This document shows positions 9,293 through 19,295 of a stretch of DNA of 64,000 bases, piece after piece. A program made the position numbers and the translations under genes. The DNA comes from a bacterium (GTDB lineage Bacteria > UBA8248): contig OZ241875.1 in the NCBI GenBank assembly GCA_965203325.1, forward strand, positions 1,472,001-1,536,000, read 5' to 3'. The notes below the pieces were generated by a model. The model was not told where the DNA came from. It saw only the letters and a list, made by a program, of their open reading frames with translations, and searched no databases. The first letter of the stretch is position 1, and each line of letters starts with the position of its first letter.

Positions 9293-10684
9293 TTAACCCA
9301 GCCTCTCGCCCGCGTAGGCCTCCATGCCGTGCTCCGAGAGGTCGAGGCCGGCCGATTCGTCTTCTGCGGAAACGCGCACACCAATCACGGCTTTCACAAC
9401 CTGCCAAAGGATGAGGGACAAGACGAAGGTAAACACACCGACCGCGATGACACCCGTAAGCTGCTTGATAAAGAGCCCTGCACCGCCGCCGTAGAACAAC
9501 CCCACGACGCCATCGTCGATAGAAGGCGCGGCAAATAAACCGAGCGCAAGCGTCCCGAAGATGCCGCATACCAAGTGAACCGAAACGGCGCCGACCGGAT
9601 CGTCTATCTTGATCTTATCGAGAAACGGAACCGCAATGCAGACGATGACGCCCGCAGCCAGACCGATAATCACCGCTCCCAACGGAGTGACGTTGGCGCA
9701 TGGTGCTGTGATGGCCACCAGCCCTGCAAGCGCCCCGTTCACGCTCATGGAAAGATCGGCTTTGCCGAACATGGCCCGCGAAGTCATGCTCGAGGCTACG
9801 ACGCCCGCCGAGGCAGCGAGGTTTGTCGTCACCGCGATGCGCGCAATGGCGCCGGCGTCGGCGGCCATGGTGCTACCCGGGTTAAATCCGAACCACCCGA
9901 GCCATAATATGAATCCACCCAAGGTGACGAGCGGCATGTTGTGGCCAGGCATCGCCTGCATCCGGCCGTCGGACGTATACTTGCCGAGCCGGGGACCAAG
10001 AACGATAATTCCGGCGAGTCCCGCCCAACCACCTACGGAGTGAACCACGGTGGAACCGGCGAAATCGAGAAAACCCATTCCACCCAGCCAGCCGCCACCC
10101 CAAATCCAATGTCCCTGAATGGGATAGATGATGGCGACAAGCAGAAAACTGAAGATCATGAACGAGGAAAACTTGATACGCTCGGCCACACAGCCCGAGA
10201 CGATGGTCGCCGCCGTCGCTGCGAAAACGAGTTGGAAGAAAAACTTCGCGTATAGCGGCACGCCCGTCCAATTAAGTGACGAGAAAACACCTTTGTACGC
10301 ATCACCCGTGGCCGGACTGTTGTCCGCCCCCGAAAGGAAGAAACCGTTCGTTCCGAGTATCGAGCTGCCATCGCCAAACATGAGGGCAAAACCCAATATC
10401 CAAAATGCCAGGGACGAGACGGCGACGACGCCAAAATTCTTATAGAGAATGGCGACGGTGTTCTTGGCTCGACAAAGCCCCGATTCGAGCATCGCAAAGC
10501 CCGCATGCATGAAAAACACCAGAAACCCGGCCACCATCACCCAAACAGTGTCCGCCGCCACTTGCAAATCCGCGAGGCTCTTTGCCATGGCCTTGACATC
10601 CTGTGCCCAGCCGTTGCCGGCAAAAGACAAAACCCACATGGCGAAGACCAACACCGCCGTAACGTAGAGATTTCTTCTTCTCAT
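9293..10684 (-). CDS. amtB: Ammonium transporter
   Basis: DFAGSTVVH, GWFGFNPGS, DDPVGAVSVH. Confidence 0.95.
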   Translation of the reverse strand: MRRRNLYVTAVLVFAMWVLSFAGNGWAQDVKAMAKSLADLQVAADTVWVMVAGFLVFFMHAGFAMLESGLCRAKNTVAILYKNFGVVAVSSLAFWILGFALMFGDGSSILGTNGFFLSGADNSPATGDAYKGVFSSLNWTGVPLYAKFFFQLVFAATAATIVSGCVAERIKFSSFMIFSFLLVAIIYPIQGHWIWGGGWLGGMGFLDFAGSTVVHSVGGWAGLAGIIVLGPRLGKYTSDGRMQAMPGHNMPLVTLGGFILWLGWFGFNPGSTMAADAGAIARIAVTTNLAASAGVVASSMTSRAMFGKADLSMSVNGALAGLVAITAPCANVTPLGAVIIGLAAGVIVCIAVPFLDKIKIDDPVGAVSVHLVCGIFGTLALGLFAAPSIDDGVVGLFYGGGAGLFIKQLTGVIAVGVFTFVLSLILWQVVKAVIGVRVSAEDESAGLDLSEHGMEAYAGERLG

Positions 10685-10945
10685 GCCCCCTCCTCCGATA
10701 CGCTTTGGTTATTTTTACGTTCTAAATATTTTGAGAACTCGCATTCCTAAAGTATCGTCTCGGTTTTGTAGGCGAGAAGTATTTCGATATCGTTTCCGCC
10801 GTATTACCCGCAAGTTAATAATGCTCCAAACCCCACCCCGTTCCGGTTTGACAGGCGATTTCGTGCGTGCTAGCAATTCCGCCAATTCGATTAAATTTCT
10901 TTTGAGCAAGCCCTTTTCCGGGATCAATCCACTGAAGGAGATACA

Positions 10946-11389
10946 ATGCCTCCAAAACGAAAGCCCAAAATTCCCACGAAAGCTCTCAAGCGCGGCACAC
11001 ACCTTTGGACCAAGGAATTCACCGAACGTATCGGCCATGATATGGCCGAATGGGCGGACGAAGAATTCATGGAAATGTTCATGAACTGCTGCTACGGCGG
11101 ACTTTATGATCGGGACGTCTTGCCCCAGAAAACCAGAGAACTTTGCGCCGTGGCCGCATGCGTCATGGCCAACGCGCATCCACAATTGCGCACCCACATT
11201 CAGGCCGCATGGAACTGCGGTGCGACAAAGCGACAGATCATGGAAGTCATCATTCAGATGGCCATCTATTGCGGCATGCCCTATATGCTTCAGGCGGCAC
11301 GAATCGCCGCGAACGAGGTCTTTCCCTTGCTCAAGCGCGGAGAGAAGGCCGCCGCTCCGCCGCCGGGCCTGAAATTGGATAAGAAGTAA
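10946..11389 (+). CDS. Carboxymuconolactone decarboxylase (CMD/AhpD-like) family protein
   Basis: KTRELCAVA...QLRTHIQAAWNCGAT...EVIIQMAIYCGMP. Confidence 0.8.
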   Translation: MPPKRKPKIPTKALKRGTHLWTKEFTERIGHDMAEWADEEFMEMFMNCCYGGLYDRDVLPQKTRELCAVAACVMANAHPQLRTHIQAAWNCGATKRQIMEVIIQMAIYCGMPYMLQAARIAANEVFPLLKRGEKAAAPPPGLKLDKK

Positions 11390-11452
11390 CCCGAAACCGT
11401 CAGGCGCCGGGCGGCCTACACCCAAAACCAAATACGTGAGGAGTATCTAATA

Positions 11453-12229
11453 ATGGCCCGTAGAATTGTAGATTTAAGCGTTCCCCTTCAAAACGCGCCC
11501 ATGGAGAACAATCCGGCCGCCATCCAGTACGTGAACCACACCGAGCTTGCCCGAATGCGAGCCAAATCATACAAGTTTCCGGACACCAGTTATTTTCCCG
11601 ACCACATGCACTGCGCGACCGAGAACATCACGGCCATCAGCACACACAGCGGCACGCACCTCGATTCTCCGTATCACTATGGGCCCGAATGTGAAGGGAA
11701 CCCCTCGAAAACTATCGACCTCGTTCCCCTCGAATGGTGCGTTAGTGATGGGGTAGTCCTCGATTTTCATGACGCCGAGCGCGGCCACAACATCACGTTG
11801 GAGGAAACGCAGCAGAAAGTGGCGGGCCTGAAAGAGAAAGGCTATTCCCTCAAGCCGATGGACATTGTTCTCATCCGCACCGACCACACCACGAAATATC
11901 TGTACACCCCCGATTTCGAACAAACCCATCCCGGCATGAGCGTAGACGCCACGGAGTGGCTTGTCGATCGGGGGATCAAGGTGATGGGGATAGACGCATG
12001 GGGTTTCGACATTCCCGTCTCCAGGATGACAGAACTCAGACGTCAGGGAAAATCGAAAGATTTCTTTGGCAGTCATTTCCTGGGCCGCAAGAAAGAATAC
12101 ATACATGCGGAAAAACTCATGAATCTCGACAAGCTCCCCGAGTTCGGGTTCACCGTCTCGATGCTCCCCATCAAGATAGAGCGCGCTAGCGGCGCCTGGT
12201 GTCGGGCGGTGGCCATCATCGACGATTAG
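11453..12229 (+). CDS. Cyclase family metal-dependent hydrolase (kynurenine formamidase-like)
   Basis: HSGTHLDSPYH motif, GIDAWGFD, EKLMNLDKLP. Confidence 0.9.
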   Translation: MARRIVDLSVPLQNAPMENNPAAIQYVNHTELARMRAKSYKFPDTSYFPDHMHCATENITAISTHSGTHLDSPYHYGPECEGNPSKTIDLVPLEWCVSDGVVLDFHDAERGHNITLEETQQKVAGLKEKGYSLKPMDIVLIRTDHTTKYLYTPDFEQTHPGMSVDATEWLVDRGIKVMGIDAWGFDIPVSRMTELRRQGKSKDFFGSHFLGRKKEYIHAEKLMNLDKLPEFGFTVSMLPIKIERASGAWCRAVAIIDD

Positions 12230-12343
12230 CCCGAATCTCTCCGGGGAGGCCGAGACCGGCGCGTGGAGTGACTCCACGGAAAAATATGGTAATATCTCCC
12301 GCATAAGATATCAGTGCGGCAAGAAACCTAAAGGAGCGGAGCG

Positions 12344-12541
12344 ATGGCCTCACATGAAAGCGCAGTGAAGCAAGAAGCCTTATCCGGCGTCCTGATCCGG
12401 CGCATGGCGGCCGTCAAGCCGGCCATATTGGCGATCGTTCTCGGCATATTCATTCTCTACGGCGTGGGCTTCGCCCAACCCCAGCTTTTACATGATGCCG
12501 CCCACGACTCTCGCCACGCCTTCGCATTCCCCTGCCATTAA
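12344..12541 (+). CDS. cbtB: Cobalt transporter subunit CbtB-like
   Basis: One TM helix then LHDAAHDSRHAFAFPCH. Confidence 0.85.
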   Translation: MASHESAVKQEALSGVLIRRMAAVKPAILAIVLGIFILYGVGFAQPQLLHDAAHDSRHAFAFPCH

Positions 12542-12571
12542 GAGGCCTGGCAACCTGTTGCCAGACAAGAG

Positions 12572-12603
12572 ACGGCGCCCCTTGAGAGGCGCCGTTTTCT
12601 TTT
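12572..12603 (+). terminator. Intrinsic terminator after cbtB
   Basis: ACGGCGCC-ccttgaga-GGCGCCGT-TTTCTTTT. Confidence 0.7.
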
Positions 12604-12613
12604 GAGGAACCGC

Positions 12614-12964
12614 ATGTCAGCGGAAATTACGGAACACAAACCTTGGGGGCATTTCACCGTCCTGGCCGATGAGCCGGACCATAAGGTGAAGCGGATTGTC
12701 GTTCATCCGGGCCATCGCCTAAGTCTGCAACGACACATGCGCCGATCGGAACACTGGCATGCCATATCCGGGCAAGCCATTATTATCCGTGAAGAAGCAG
12801 AAATCACGTTTTCCGCCGGCGAGAGCATGGATATACCACAAGGTGCATGGCATCGGGTTCAAAACGAAGAGGATACGCCCTTCGTTTTCATTGAGGTGCA
12901 AACCGGCGCCTACTTCGGCGAGGACGACATCGAACGACGCGAAGATGATTACGGTAGAGTTTGA
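12614..12964 (+). CDS. Mannose-6-phosphate isomerase type II C-terminal cupin (stand-alone)
   Basis: KPWG, KVKRIVV.PG.RLSLQRH..RSEHW, IEVQTG.YFGEDDIER. Confidence 0.88.
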   Translation: MSAEITEHKPWGHFTVLADEPDHKVKRIVVHPGHRLSLQRHMRRSEHWHAISGQAIIIREEAEITFSAGESMDIPQGAWHRVQNEEDTPFVFIEVQTGAYFGEDDIERREDDYGRV

Positions 12965-13051
12965 GAGAACATGCCCCGCTACCGGACAAAACCATCCCCA
13001 CACGGATGTGAGAGTGGTTCTTGAACGCGCCTGGACGAAAACGTCTTCAAC

Positions 13052-14251
13052 TTAGCCTTTTCGAAGTTGCTCCAACGCTACAGCCAGACGCTCCACGCCG
13101 CGCTCGCATTCTTCCGTCGAGCACGAATAGGCGATTCTGATGTATCCCTCGCCGCCGAAAACAGCGCCGTTCACCGTGGCGATGGCGTGCTCGTTCAGAA
13201 GGTAGTCCGCCACCTCGCCCGAGGTATCCCCAAAAACCTTCACGTTCGGGAACGCGTAGAATGCGCCCGTGGGTTCCGCCAGTGTGACCCCCTCTATGGA
13301 GCGCAGACCTTCTGATATCACGCGCCTTCGCTTGTCGAATTCACTCGTCATCGCCTCCATGGGCGCCTGATCCTCGAGCACGCCGCGCGCCGCACCGTGC
13401 TGAATAAACGTGTTGACGCACACGGTGGTGTATTGGCGGATCTTGAGCAAGTGACGGGTAATCTCGGGGCTCGCCACCGTCCAGCCGAGTCGCCAGCCGT
13501 CCATGCTGTAGAATTTCGAAAACCCGTTAATGATCACGGTGCGCTCCGCCATGCCGGGCTGTGAGAAAATACTCGGGGCGCACGGCGCATCGCCGTAATA
13601 TATGCGCGCGTAAATCTCATCGCTCATCACCATGAAGTTGCGCCGCACCGCCAGTTCGGCGATCTTCGCGAGTTCTGATTCCGGGATCGTGCAGCCCGTG
13701 GGATTGCCGGGCGAAGTGAGGCAAACGAGTTTCGTCTTGGGCGTCAAAACCGCCTCGATGTCTTCGGCGCGCAATGCGAAATCGTTCTCTTCTTTCGTCA
13801 TCACCTCGACGGGCACGCCGCCCGCCAACGCCGTGCAGGATTTGTAGTGATGCCAGTTCGGCTGCGCGATGATCACCTCATCACCGGGATTCACCAGCGC
13901 CAGCATGGAGACCATGATGCCCTCGTTCGCTCCGGCCATGACGATCACCTGCGTATCGGGGTTCACCTCCACGCCCGTGTCGATTTCCGTTCTGTATGCA
14001 ATGCCCTTCCGCAGGGCTGGAACCCCCGTGCTGGGCGCGTAGTGCACGTCGCCGCGCGCGAGGGACTCGGCGGCTCCTTGCTTGATGTGCTCGGGCGTAT
14101 CGAAATCCGTGCGCCCGATCTGCCAGTGGATGACGTCACGCCCCTCGGCTTCGAGCTTCGCCACGGCGTCGAAGACCTTGCGAATACCCGAGAAAGGAAT
14201 CTCCTCCAAACGATCTGCGCCCACGGATTGAGCGTCAAAAGCAATACTCAT
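13052..14251 (-). CDS. PLP-dependent class I/II aminotransferase
   Basis: SPGNPTG, SDEIY, NGFSKFYSMDGWRLG. Confidence 0.92.
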   Translation of the reverse strand: MSIAFDAQSVGADRLEEIPFSGIRKVFDAVAKLEAEGRDVIHWQIGRTDFDTPEHIKQGAAESLARGDVHYAPSTGVPALRKGIAYRTEIDTGVEVNPDTQVIVMAGANEGIMVSMLALVNPGDEVIIAQPNWHHYKSCTALAGGVPVEVMTKEENDFALRAEDIEAVLTPKTKLVCLTSPGNPTGCTIPESELAKIAELAVRRNFMVMSDEIYARIYYGDAPCAPSIFSQPGMAERTVIINGFSKFYSMDGWRLGWTVASPEITRHLLKIRQYTTVCVNTFIQHGAARGVLEDQAPMEAMTSEFDKRRRVISEGLRSIEGVTLAEPTGAFYAFPNVKVFGDTSGEVADYLLNEHAIATVNGAVFGGEGYIRIAYSCSTEECERGVERLAVALEQLRKG

Positions 14252-14450
14252 CTATCATCTCCTGGCAAATAAAATGACTATAAGAACAATAATTTCAAAT
14301 CACTGAAAACGCGATTTAAGCCGCTCGTTATAGCTTTTGAAGCTCTGAGGCGCAAGGGAGTTCTCGCCCCGGATTTCTCTCAATTACAACCAGCCGTTTT
14401 CCTGTTTTCTGGCGAAGGAAAGGGTAAATGACCATTCGACTGCCGCATGA

Positions 14451-15239
14451 TTAGAGCAAATCCCCCTGAAGAACGGTTACGGCCTTACCGCTAAGGACGA
14501 TGCGATCTCCCAGAATTCTCATACGCACCACCCCGCCTCTCGTAGATGCCTGATAGGCCGTAAGTTCTTCTTTTTTGAGGCGTTTCGACCAGAATGGCCC
14601 CAGGCAACAGTGGGCGGAACCCGTCACAGGGTCTTCGTTCACGCCCAGGCCGGGCGCGAAAAAACGAGATATGAAGTCATATTCAGGGTCATCGGAGCGC
14701 GCCGTGACGATGCAGCCGCGCATGGAAACTGTCTGGAGAAGCTGGAAATCAGGCGCCAGGGCCCTGATTGCCGCCTCCGAATCGGCTTCCACCAGATAAT
14801 CGAACTCGTTTTTCCCTACATAGCGGGGTATAAGACCAAGACCTTCCACCAGGGCATCAGGAGGTGCTGCGGGAGACTCTCGGCTGATGGGGAAATTCAT
14901 CTCTATCCATTCATTTTTCTGCTCACAGGTCAAAACCCCGCTTTTCGTGTGGAAGATGACCGTCTCATCAGAGCCGAGATGACCCTTTTCCCAAAGAACA
15001 TGGGCGCCGGCAAGCGTGGCGTGGCCGCAAAGGTCCACCTCGCTCACGGGCGTGAACCATCGCAGGCCGTAGCCGTCTTCCTGTTTCACCACGAACGCGG
15101 TTTCAGAGAGGTTCATCTCCGACGCTACGCGCTGCATCCACCCCTCATCCACTTGCGACGGCAGGATGCACACGGCGGCCGGATTGCCCGAAAAAGGCGT
15201 ATCTGTAAACGCATCCACCTGAATGATGGGAAATGACAT
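14451..15239 (-). CDS. PhzF family isomerase
   Basis: VDAFT..PFSGNPAAV, EMNLSETAF, EVDLCGHATLA, EDPVTGSAH. Confidence 0.92.
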   Translation of the reverse strand: MSFPIIQVDAFTDTPFSGNPAAVCILPSQVDEGWMQRVASEMNLSETAFVVKQEDGYGLRWFTPVSEVDLCGHATLAGAHVLWEKGHLGSDETVIFHTKSGVLTCEQKNEWIEMNFPISRESPAAPPDALVEGLGLIPRYVGKNEFDYLVEADSEAAIRALAPDFQLLQTVSMRGCIVTARSDDPEYDFISRFFAPGLGVNEDPVTGSAHCCLGPFWSKRLKKEELTAYQASTRGGVVRMRILGDRIVLSGKAVTVLQGDLL

Positions 15240-15262
15240 GAGGCCTTCTCGTGGAAAAACAG

Positions 15263-15733
15263 TTAGATACGTTTGATAATGTCGCCTGCGCGAATCGAGC
15301 CTTCGCTTAATACCTGCGCGTTCAGCCCCGAGCGGTTGATGAGCGCATCGTGCAGGCCATCTATCCCCAGCAAATTCTCGAAATACCGGCAAGGCTCGTT
15401 CAGGCGTACGCCGCGCATCTTCACATCGCCCACCTGAAACTCAGCCCCCACCAGATGATTGAGTGGAACGCTTCGCGTCACGATGTTTCTCCTGCTCTGA
15501 CCCGCGTCGAGATGGATATTGTGGTCGCGCGTAAGCGCCTCGATCGCTTCGATTTCGATGAGCGTGACCTCGCGATCGGGCCCCTGTTTTTTGGAGTACG
15601 TTCCCACGCCCTCGGCGTAGCGATCTCCCGCAAGCCCTGATCCTACAACTACTTGCGCCTGGGCGACTTCCATCATCGGTTCACCGCCCACCGAGGCGAT
15701 ATGCACCGAGACCACCTCGCCCTCGAAAGTCAT
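15263..15733 (-). CDS. MOSC domain protein
   Basis: GLAGDRY, SRRNIVT, NEPC, GSIRAGD; ATGA-coupled to the upstream gene. Confidence 0.85.
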   Translation of the reverse strand: MTFEGEVVSVHIASVGGEPMMEVAQAQVVVGSGLAGDRYAEGVGTYSKKQGPDREVTLIEIEAIEALTRDHNIHLDAGQSRRNIVTRSVPLNHLVGAEFQVGDVKMRGVRLNEPCRYFENLLGIDGLHDALINRSGLNAQVLSEGSIRAGDIIKRI

Positions 15734-15972
15734 GCTTTCACATGCTCCTGGATGAGATTGACGGCTTCTTCTTCCGTGGGGAAGTTGCCTGAATCGAGTT
15801 TCGACCATAAAAGCTCGCCGTCGAGCACCAGTTCGAAGGAGCCGACGCGAAAATTCCCGTCCTCGTTTCCGGCGATTTCCAGGTCCGGGAAATGTTTTTT
15901 CAGGTCCTGAGCCAACTGCTCATAGCGAGGCCCGTAGTTTCACTTTTCGCAGTATTCAACGTGAAGTTTCAT
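15730..15972 (-). CDS. Rdx (SelW/SelT/SelH) family selenoprotein, CxxU
   Basis: MKLHVEYCEK-TGA-NYGPRYEQLAQDLKKHFPD...GSFELVLDGELLWSKLDSGNFP; in-frame TGA at 15940-15942. Confidence 0.88.
15903..15934 (-). other. Putative bacterial SECIS hairpin
   Basis: 3' of UGA: GGGCC..TGAGC-AGTTG-GCTCA-GGACC; G near the start of the apical loop about 23 nt after UGA. Confidence 0.6.
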
Positions 15973-16181
15973 TCATCCCCTCTCCGGTAGAGAACAAAAG
16001 TTGGCGGGCACCCGCATCATAGAAGAATTCCGCTGCGAGGAGAAGGCGTGCAGGAAGCAAAGTCCTGAAATCTGATTCTTCGCACGCCGACAATTCTCCG
16101 AAACCCCCACGCGGCTTGACTATTTCGCCGACACAAGCGAAAAAGCTCCCCGATTTCCGAAGAAAACCCGAAGGAGGCGAA

Positions 16182-17585
16182 ATGGCTGGTATCACACGTG
16201 TGGGAGCATATATACCCTTTCATCGGCTGGGCGGAGATACCGTGCGGGCCGTATGGGGCAGCGGCAGCCCGAGGGCTTCGCGCCCGCTGGCCGGCTTCGA
16301 CGAAGACCCCATCACCATGGGGGTGGAGGCGCTGATCAACGCCGCAGGTTGGGGCGATTCCCAAGTCGATTCCCTCTACTTCGCCTCCACGTCTCACCCA
16401 TATGCTGAAAAATCAAACGCTTCCGTGCTTGCCGCGGCAGCGGATTTGCCCGAAAAACTCTTCACCCTGGATGCGGGCGGCTCCGTGCGCGCGGGCACAT
16501 CCGCCCTCAAAGCCGCGTGCGACGCCGTAGAAGCGGGTTCTTCCAAGACGGCGGCCGTGGTGGCGGCGGAGAAAAGGCCATCCCTGCCGGGAAGCCCCGA
16601 TGAATTAAGCCTTTGCGACGGCGCGGCGGCGGTGTTGCTGGGCAAGGGAGACGACGTCGCCGCCGAGATCGAGGCGATTTATTCGTGGTCCGAGGATTTC
16701 ATCGACAGGTGGCGTCTGCCGGGCGAGGGCGCCGTCTCCGCAGGCGACGCCAAATTCATCCAGGACTACGGCTACGTTCGCCAGAGCGTCGCCACGGTCG
16801 AGGGATTGCTCAGCCAGACGGGCGCCACGAGAGAGGACATCGCGCGCGTGCTCGTCTACGCCCCCGACGCCCGCACCCACGCCGCAATCGCCAGAAAACT
16901 GGGCTTTCCCGAGTCGGCATATCCCGAAAACCCCCTCATCGCGCGTCTCGGGGACGCGGGCGCGGCGGCGCCTTTGCTCTCCCTCGTCGATGCGCTCCAG
17001 GGCGCGGAACCGGGCGAACACATCATCGTCGCGGGCCACGGGAGCGGGGGCGAGGCCATCCTGCTCCGGGCGACGGATAAGGTCCACTCCTTGAGAACAC
17101 AACGGGGAGTCGGCTGGTCCGTCGAGCGCGCGCGCACCATCCCGAATTACGGCCAATGGTTGAAATTCAATGGCTTATCGCCCGAGGAGGAAATCAAGCC
17201 CTTCACCTCGCCCAGCATCCTCTGGAAGGAGAACAGGGCGACCATGCGCCTGATGGCGGGGGTTTGCCGCGTCTGCGGGGAGCTTCAGTATCCCCGCCAG
17301 CAGGTCTGCAACGCCTGCGGCGCGCGGGATGAGTGGGATGAGCGGAAACTCGCCCGCCGGGGCAAAATCTTCACCTTCATCCACGATTACCTGCCGCCTT
17401 CGCCCGAGGGCTTCATCACGATGGCGACGGTCGAACTCGATGGCGGCGGGCGGTTTTACGGCCAGATGACGAACCAGGTGAAAGACGAGGTCCACATCGG
17501 CATGGAGTGCGAACTCACTTTCAGGCTTCTCCATCAGGGCGATGGGTATTATAATTACTTCTGGAAACTGCGCCCCGCCGAATAG
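16182..17585 (+). CDS. HMG-CoA synthase-like domain fused to DUF35 (Zn-ribbon/OB-fold)
   Basis: DEDPITMGVEA, YFASTSHPYAEK; C-terminal CRVC..CNAC and FRLLH...YFWK. Confidence 0.85.
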   Translation: MAGITRVGAYIPFHRLGGDTVRAVWGSGSPRASRPLAGFDEDPITMGVEALINAAGWGDSQVDSLYFASTSHPYAEKSNASVLAAAADLPEKLFTLDAGGSVRAGTSALKAACDAVEAGSSKTAAVVAAEKRPSLPGSPDELSLCDGAAAVLLGKGDDVAAEIEAIYSWSEDFIDRWRLPGEGAVSAGDAKFIQDYGYVRQSVATVEGLLSQTGATREDIARVLVYAPDARTHAAIARKLGFPESAYPENPLIARLGDAGAAAPLLSLVDALQGAEPGEHIIVAGHGSGGEAILLRATDKVHSLRTQRGVGWSVERARTIPNYGQWLKFNGLSPEEEIKPFTSPSILWKENRATMRLMAGVCRVCGELQYPRQQVCNACGARDEWDERKLARRGKIFTFIHDYLPPSPEGFITMATVELDGGGRFYGQMTNQVKDEVHIGMECELTFRLLHQGDGYYNYFWKLRPAE

Positions 17586-17633
17586 GGCTTTATCTTTTCC
17601 TCGGGAAAACATCTTTTTTTCAAGGAGTTGGAC

Positions 17634-18830
17634 ATGAGCGGAAGCATCGCCGGAAAAGTCGCCATCATCGGCGCGGGCATCACGAAATTCGGGGAACTCT
17701 TCGAGCAAAGCTATAACGACCTCGTGGTGGAAGCCGCCTTCGAGGCCTATGAGGACGCGGGCGTGAGCGGCGAGGATATCGAAGCCGCATGGCTGGGCAC
17801 GTATCTGCCGCTCGGCTGGGGCTTCGACGGCACGGGCGGCCCCTCTCTCGCAGAGGCGCTCAACCTCTACCCGAAGCCCGTCTCGCGGGTCGCGAACTAC
17901 TGCACCACGGGCATGGAGGCCGTCCGCATGGCGGCGATGGCCGTGGCTTCCGGCATGCACGACGTCGTCCTCGCCGTCGGCGCCGAGAAGATGCGCGAGG
18001 TCCCTCCGAGGGGGAGCCTGGTCGCGCAACACGTTGAAAAACTTCACCCTATGTACTCGAAGGGCCGCACGGCACCGGGCAGTTTCGCCGTTCTGGCGAG
18101 GCGGTATTTCGAGGAATTCGGCGCGGATAAAGAGGACCTCGCCGAGGTGGCGGTGAAGAACCACTACCACGGCAGCCTGAACAAGCGCGCGCACTTCAGA
18201 AAAGAGATCACCAAGGAGCAGGTCCTGAAAGCCCCGCCGGTCACGGAACCCTTAGGCCTCTATGATTGCTGCCCCACGACGGACGGTGCGGCCGCGGTCG
18301 TGCTCTGCCGGGCCGAGCTGGCCGAGGAGCGCTTCGACAAGAAAGACTACGTCCTGATCGACGGCATGGGGCTCTCGTGCGCGACGGGCTACATCACCAC
18401 GGCGTTCAACCCCAGGTTCAGCTTCATCGGCTTCGAGGCCACCCAGGAGGCCGCGCGCCAGGCGTATGAGCAGGCCGGCGTAACGAACCCCCTCGAGGAG
18501 ATAGATGTCGCGGAAGTGCATGATTGTTTTACGATTACGGAGATCCTGAACTACGAGGACTTAGGCTTCGTCGAGAAGGGAGAGGGGCCCGATTTCGTGA
18601 AGAGCGGCGCGAGCAGGCTCGGCGGCGAACTTCCCGTGAACACCTCGGGCGGTCTCAAAAGCTGCGGCCATCCCATCGGGGCGACGGGCGCGCGCGTGGT
18701 CGCCGACCTCACGCATCAACTCCTCGGGCGCTGCGGCGACCGCCAGGTAAAGGGCGCCAAACGGGCGCTCGGCCACACCCTGGGCGGCCCCGGCGCCGTC
18801 TCCAGCGTATTCGTGTTGAGCAAGAACTAG
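17634..18830 (+). CDS. Thiolase (SCP-x/archaeal-type acetyl-CoA acetyltransferase)
   Basis: NYCTTG, DCCPTTDGAAA, EVHDCFT, GHPIGATG. Confidence 0.9.
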   Translation: MSGSIAGKVAIIGAGITKFGELFEQSYNDLVVEAAFEAYEDAGVSGEDIEAAWLGTYLPLGWGFDGTGGPSLAEALNLYPKPVSRVANYCTTGMEAVRMAAMAVASGMHDVVLAVGAEKMREVPPRGSLVAQHVEKLHPMYSKGRTAPGSFAVLARRYFEEFGADKEDLAEVAVKNHYHGSLNKRAHFRKEITKEQVLKAPPVTEPLGLYDCCPTTDGAAAVVLCRAELAEERFDKKDYVLIDGMGLSCATGYITTAFNPRFSFIGFEATQEAARQAYEQAGVTNPLEEIDVAEVHDCFTITEILNYEDLGFVEKGEGPDFVKSGASRLGGELPVNTSGGLKSCGHPIGATGARVVADLTHQLLGRCGDRQVKGAKRALGHTLGGPGAVSSVFVLSKN

Positions 18831-18844
18831 CCAGCCGAATCATG

Positions 18845-18871
18845 CCCCCGGGCGCCCGCCCGGGGGTCTTT
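18845..18871 (+). terminator. Intrinsic terminator after thiolase
   Basis: CCCCCGGGC-gccc-GCCCGGGGG-TCTTT. Confidence 0.7.
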
Positions 18872-19295
18872 CATCTGAGCAATTCCCCGCAAATCCGCGC
18901 ATTTGCCGTCACAGATTGGACTGCGGACTATGGCAGAATTCCCCTGCGTCCGAATTCCGCGGCGTCATTTCTCAAAAATTTAATTTTCAGGAATTTACAG
19001 AAAAACCCCGTGAATTTATCGTATTTTATCGAATTTTTCAGGAATTATTATTTGCATTTTGCGCCTTCCGCGCCTCGCCGGAGCGGCGGCCCGTTCCCCG
19101 CGGGCAACACCCCTTCCGCCGCCTGAAAAACCGCAGGCCGACGGGCGGCCTCTCCAGCATACCCCATCGACGCGAAATGCGGGCGACGGCAAATGCGGGA
19201 AAATGCGTGTGTGAAGGTGGTGGTGCGGCGAACGGTATCCGCCCGGCCCGCCTGCGGAATATCTCCCCACAGGCGGGCGCGAAGCGGTTTCTGCC

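Noticed and set aside
10860..10890. Possible sigma54 promoter upstream of amtB (TGGC...GC on the minus strand)
   Set aside because: GG-to-GC spacing does not fit the -24/-12 consensus.
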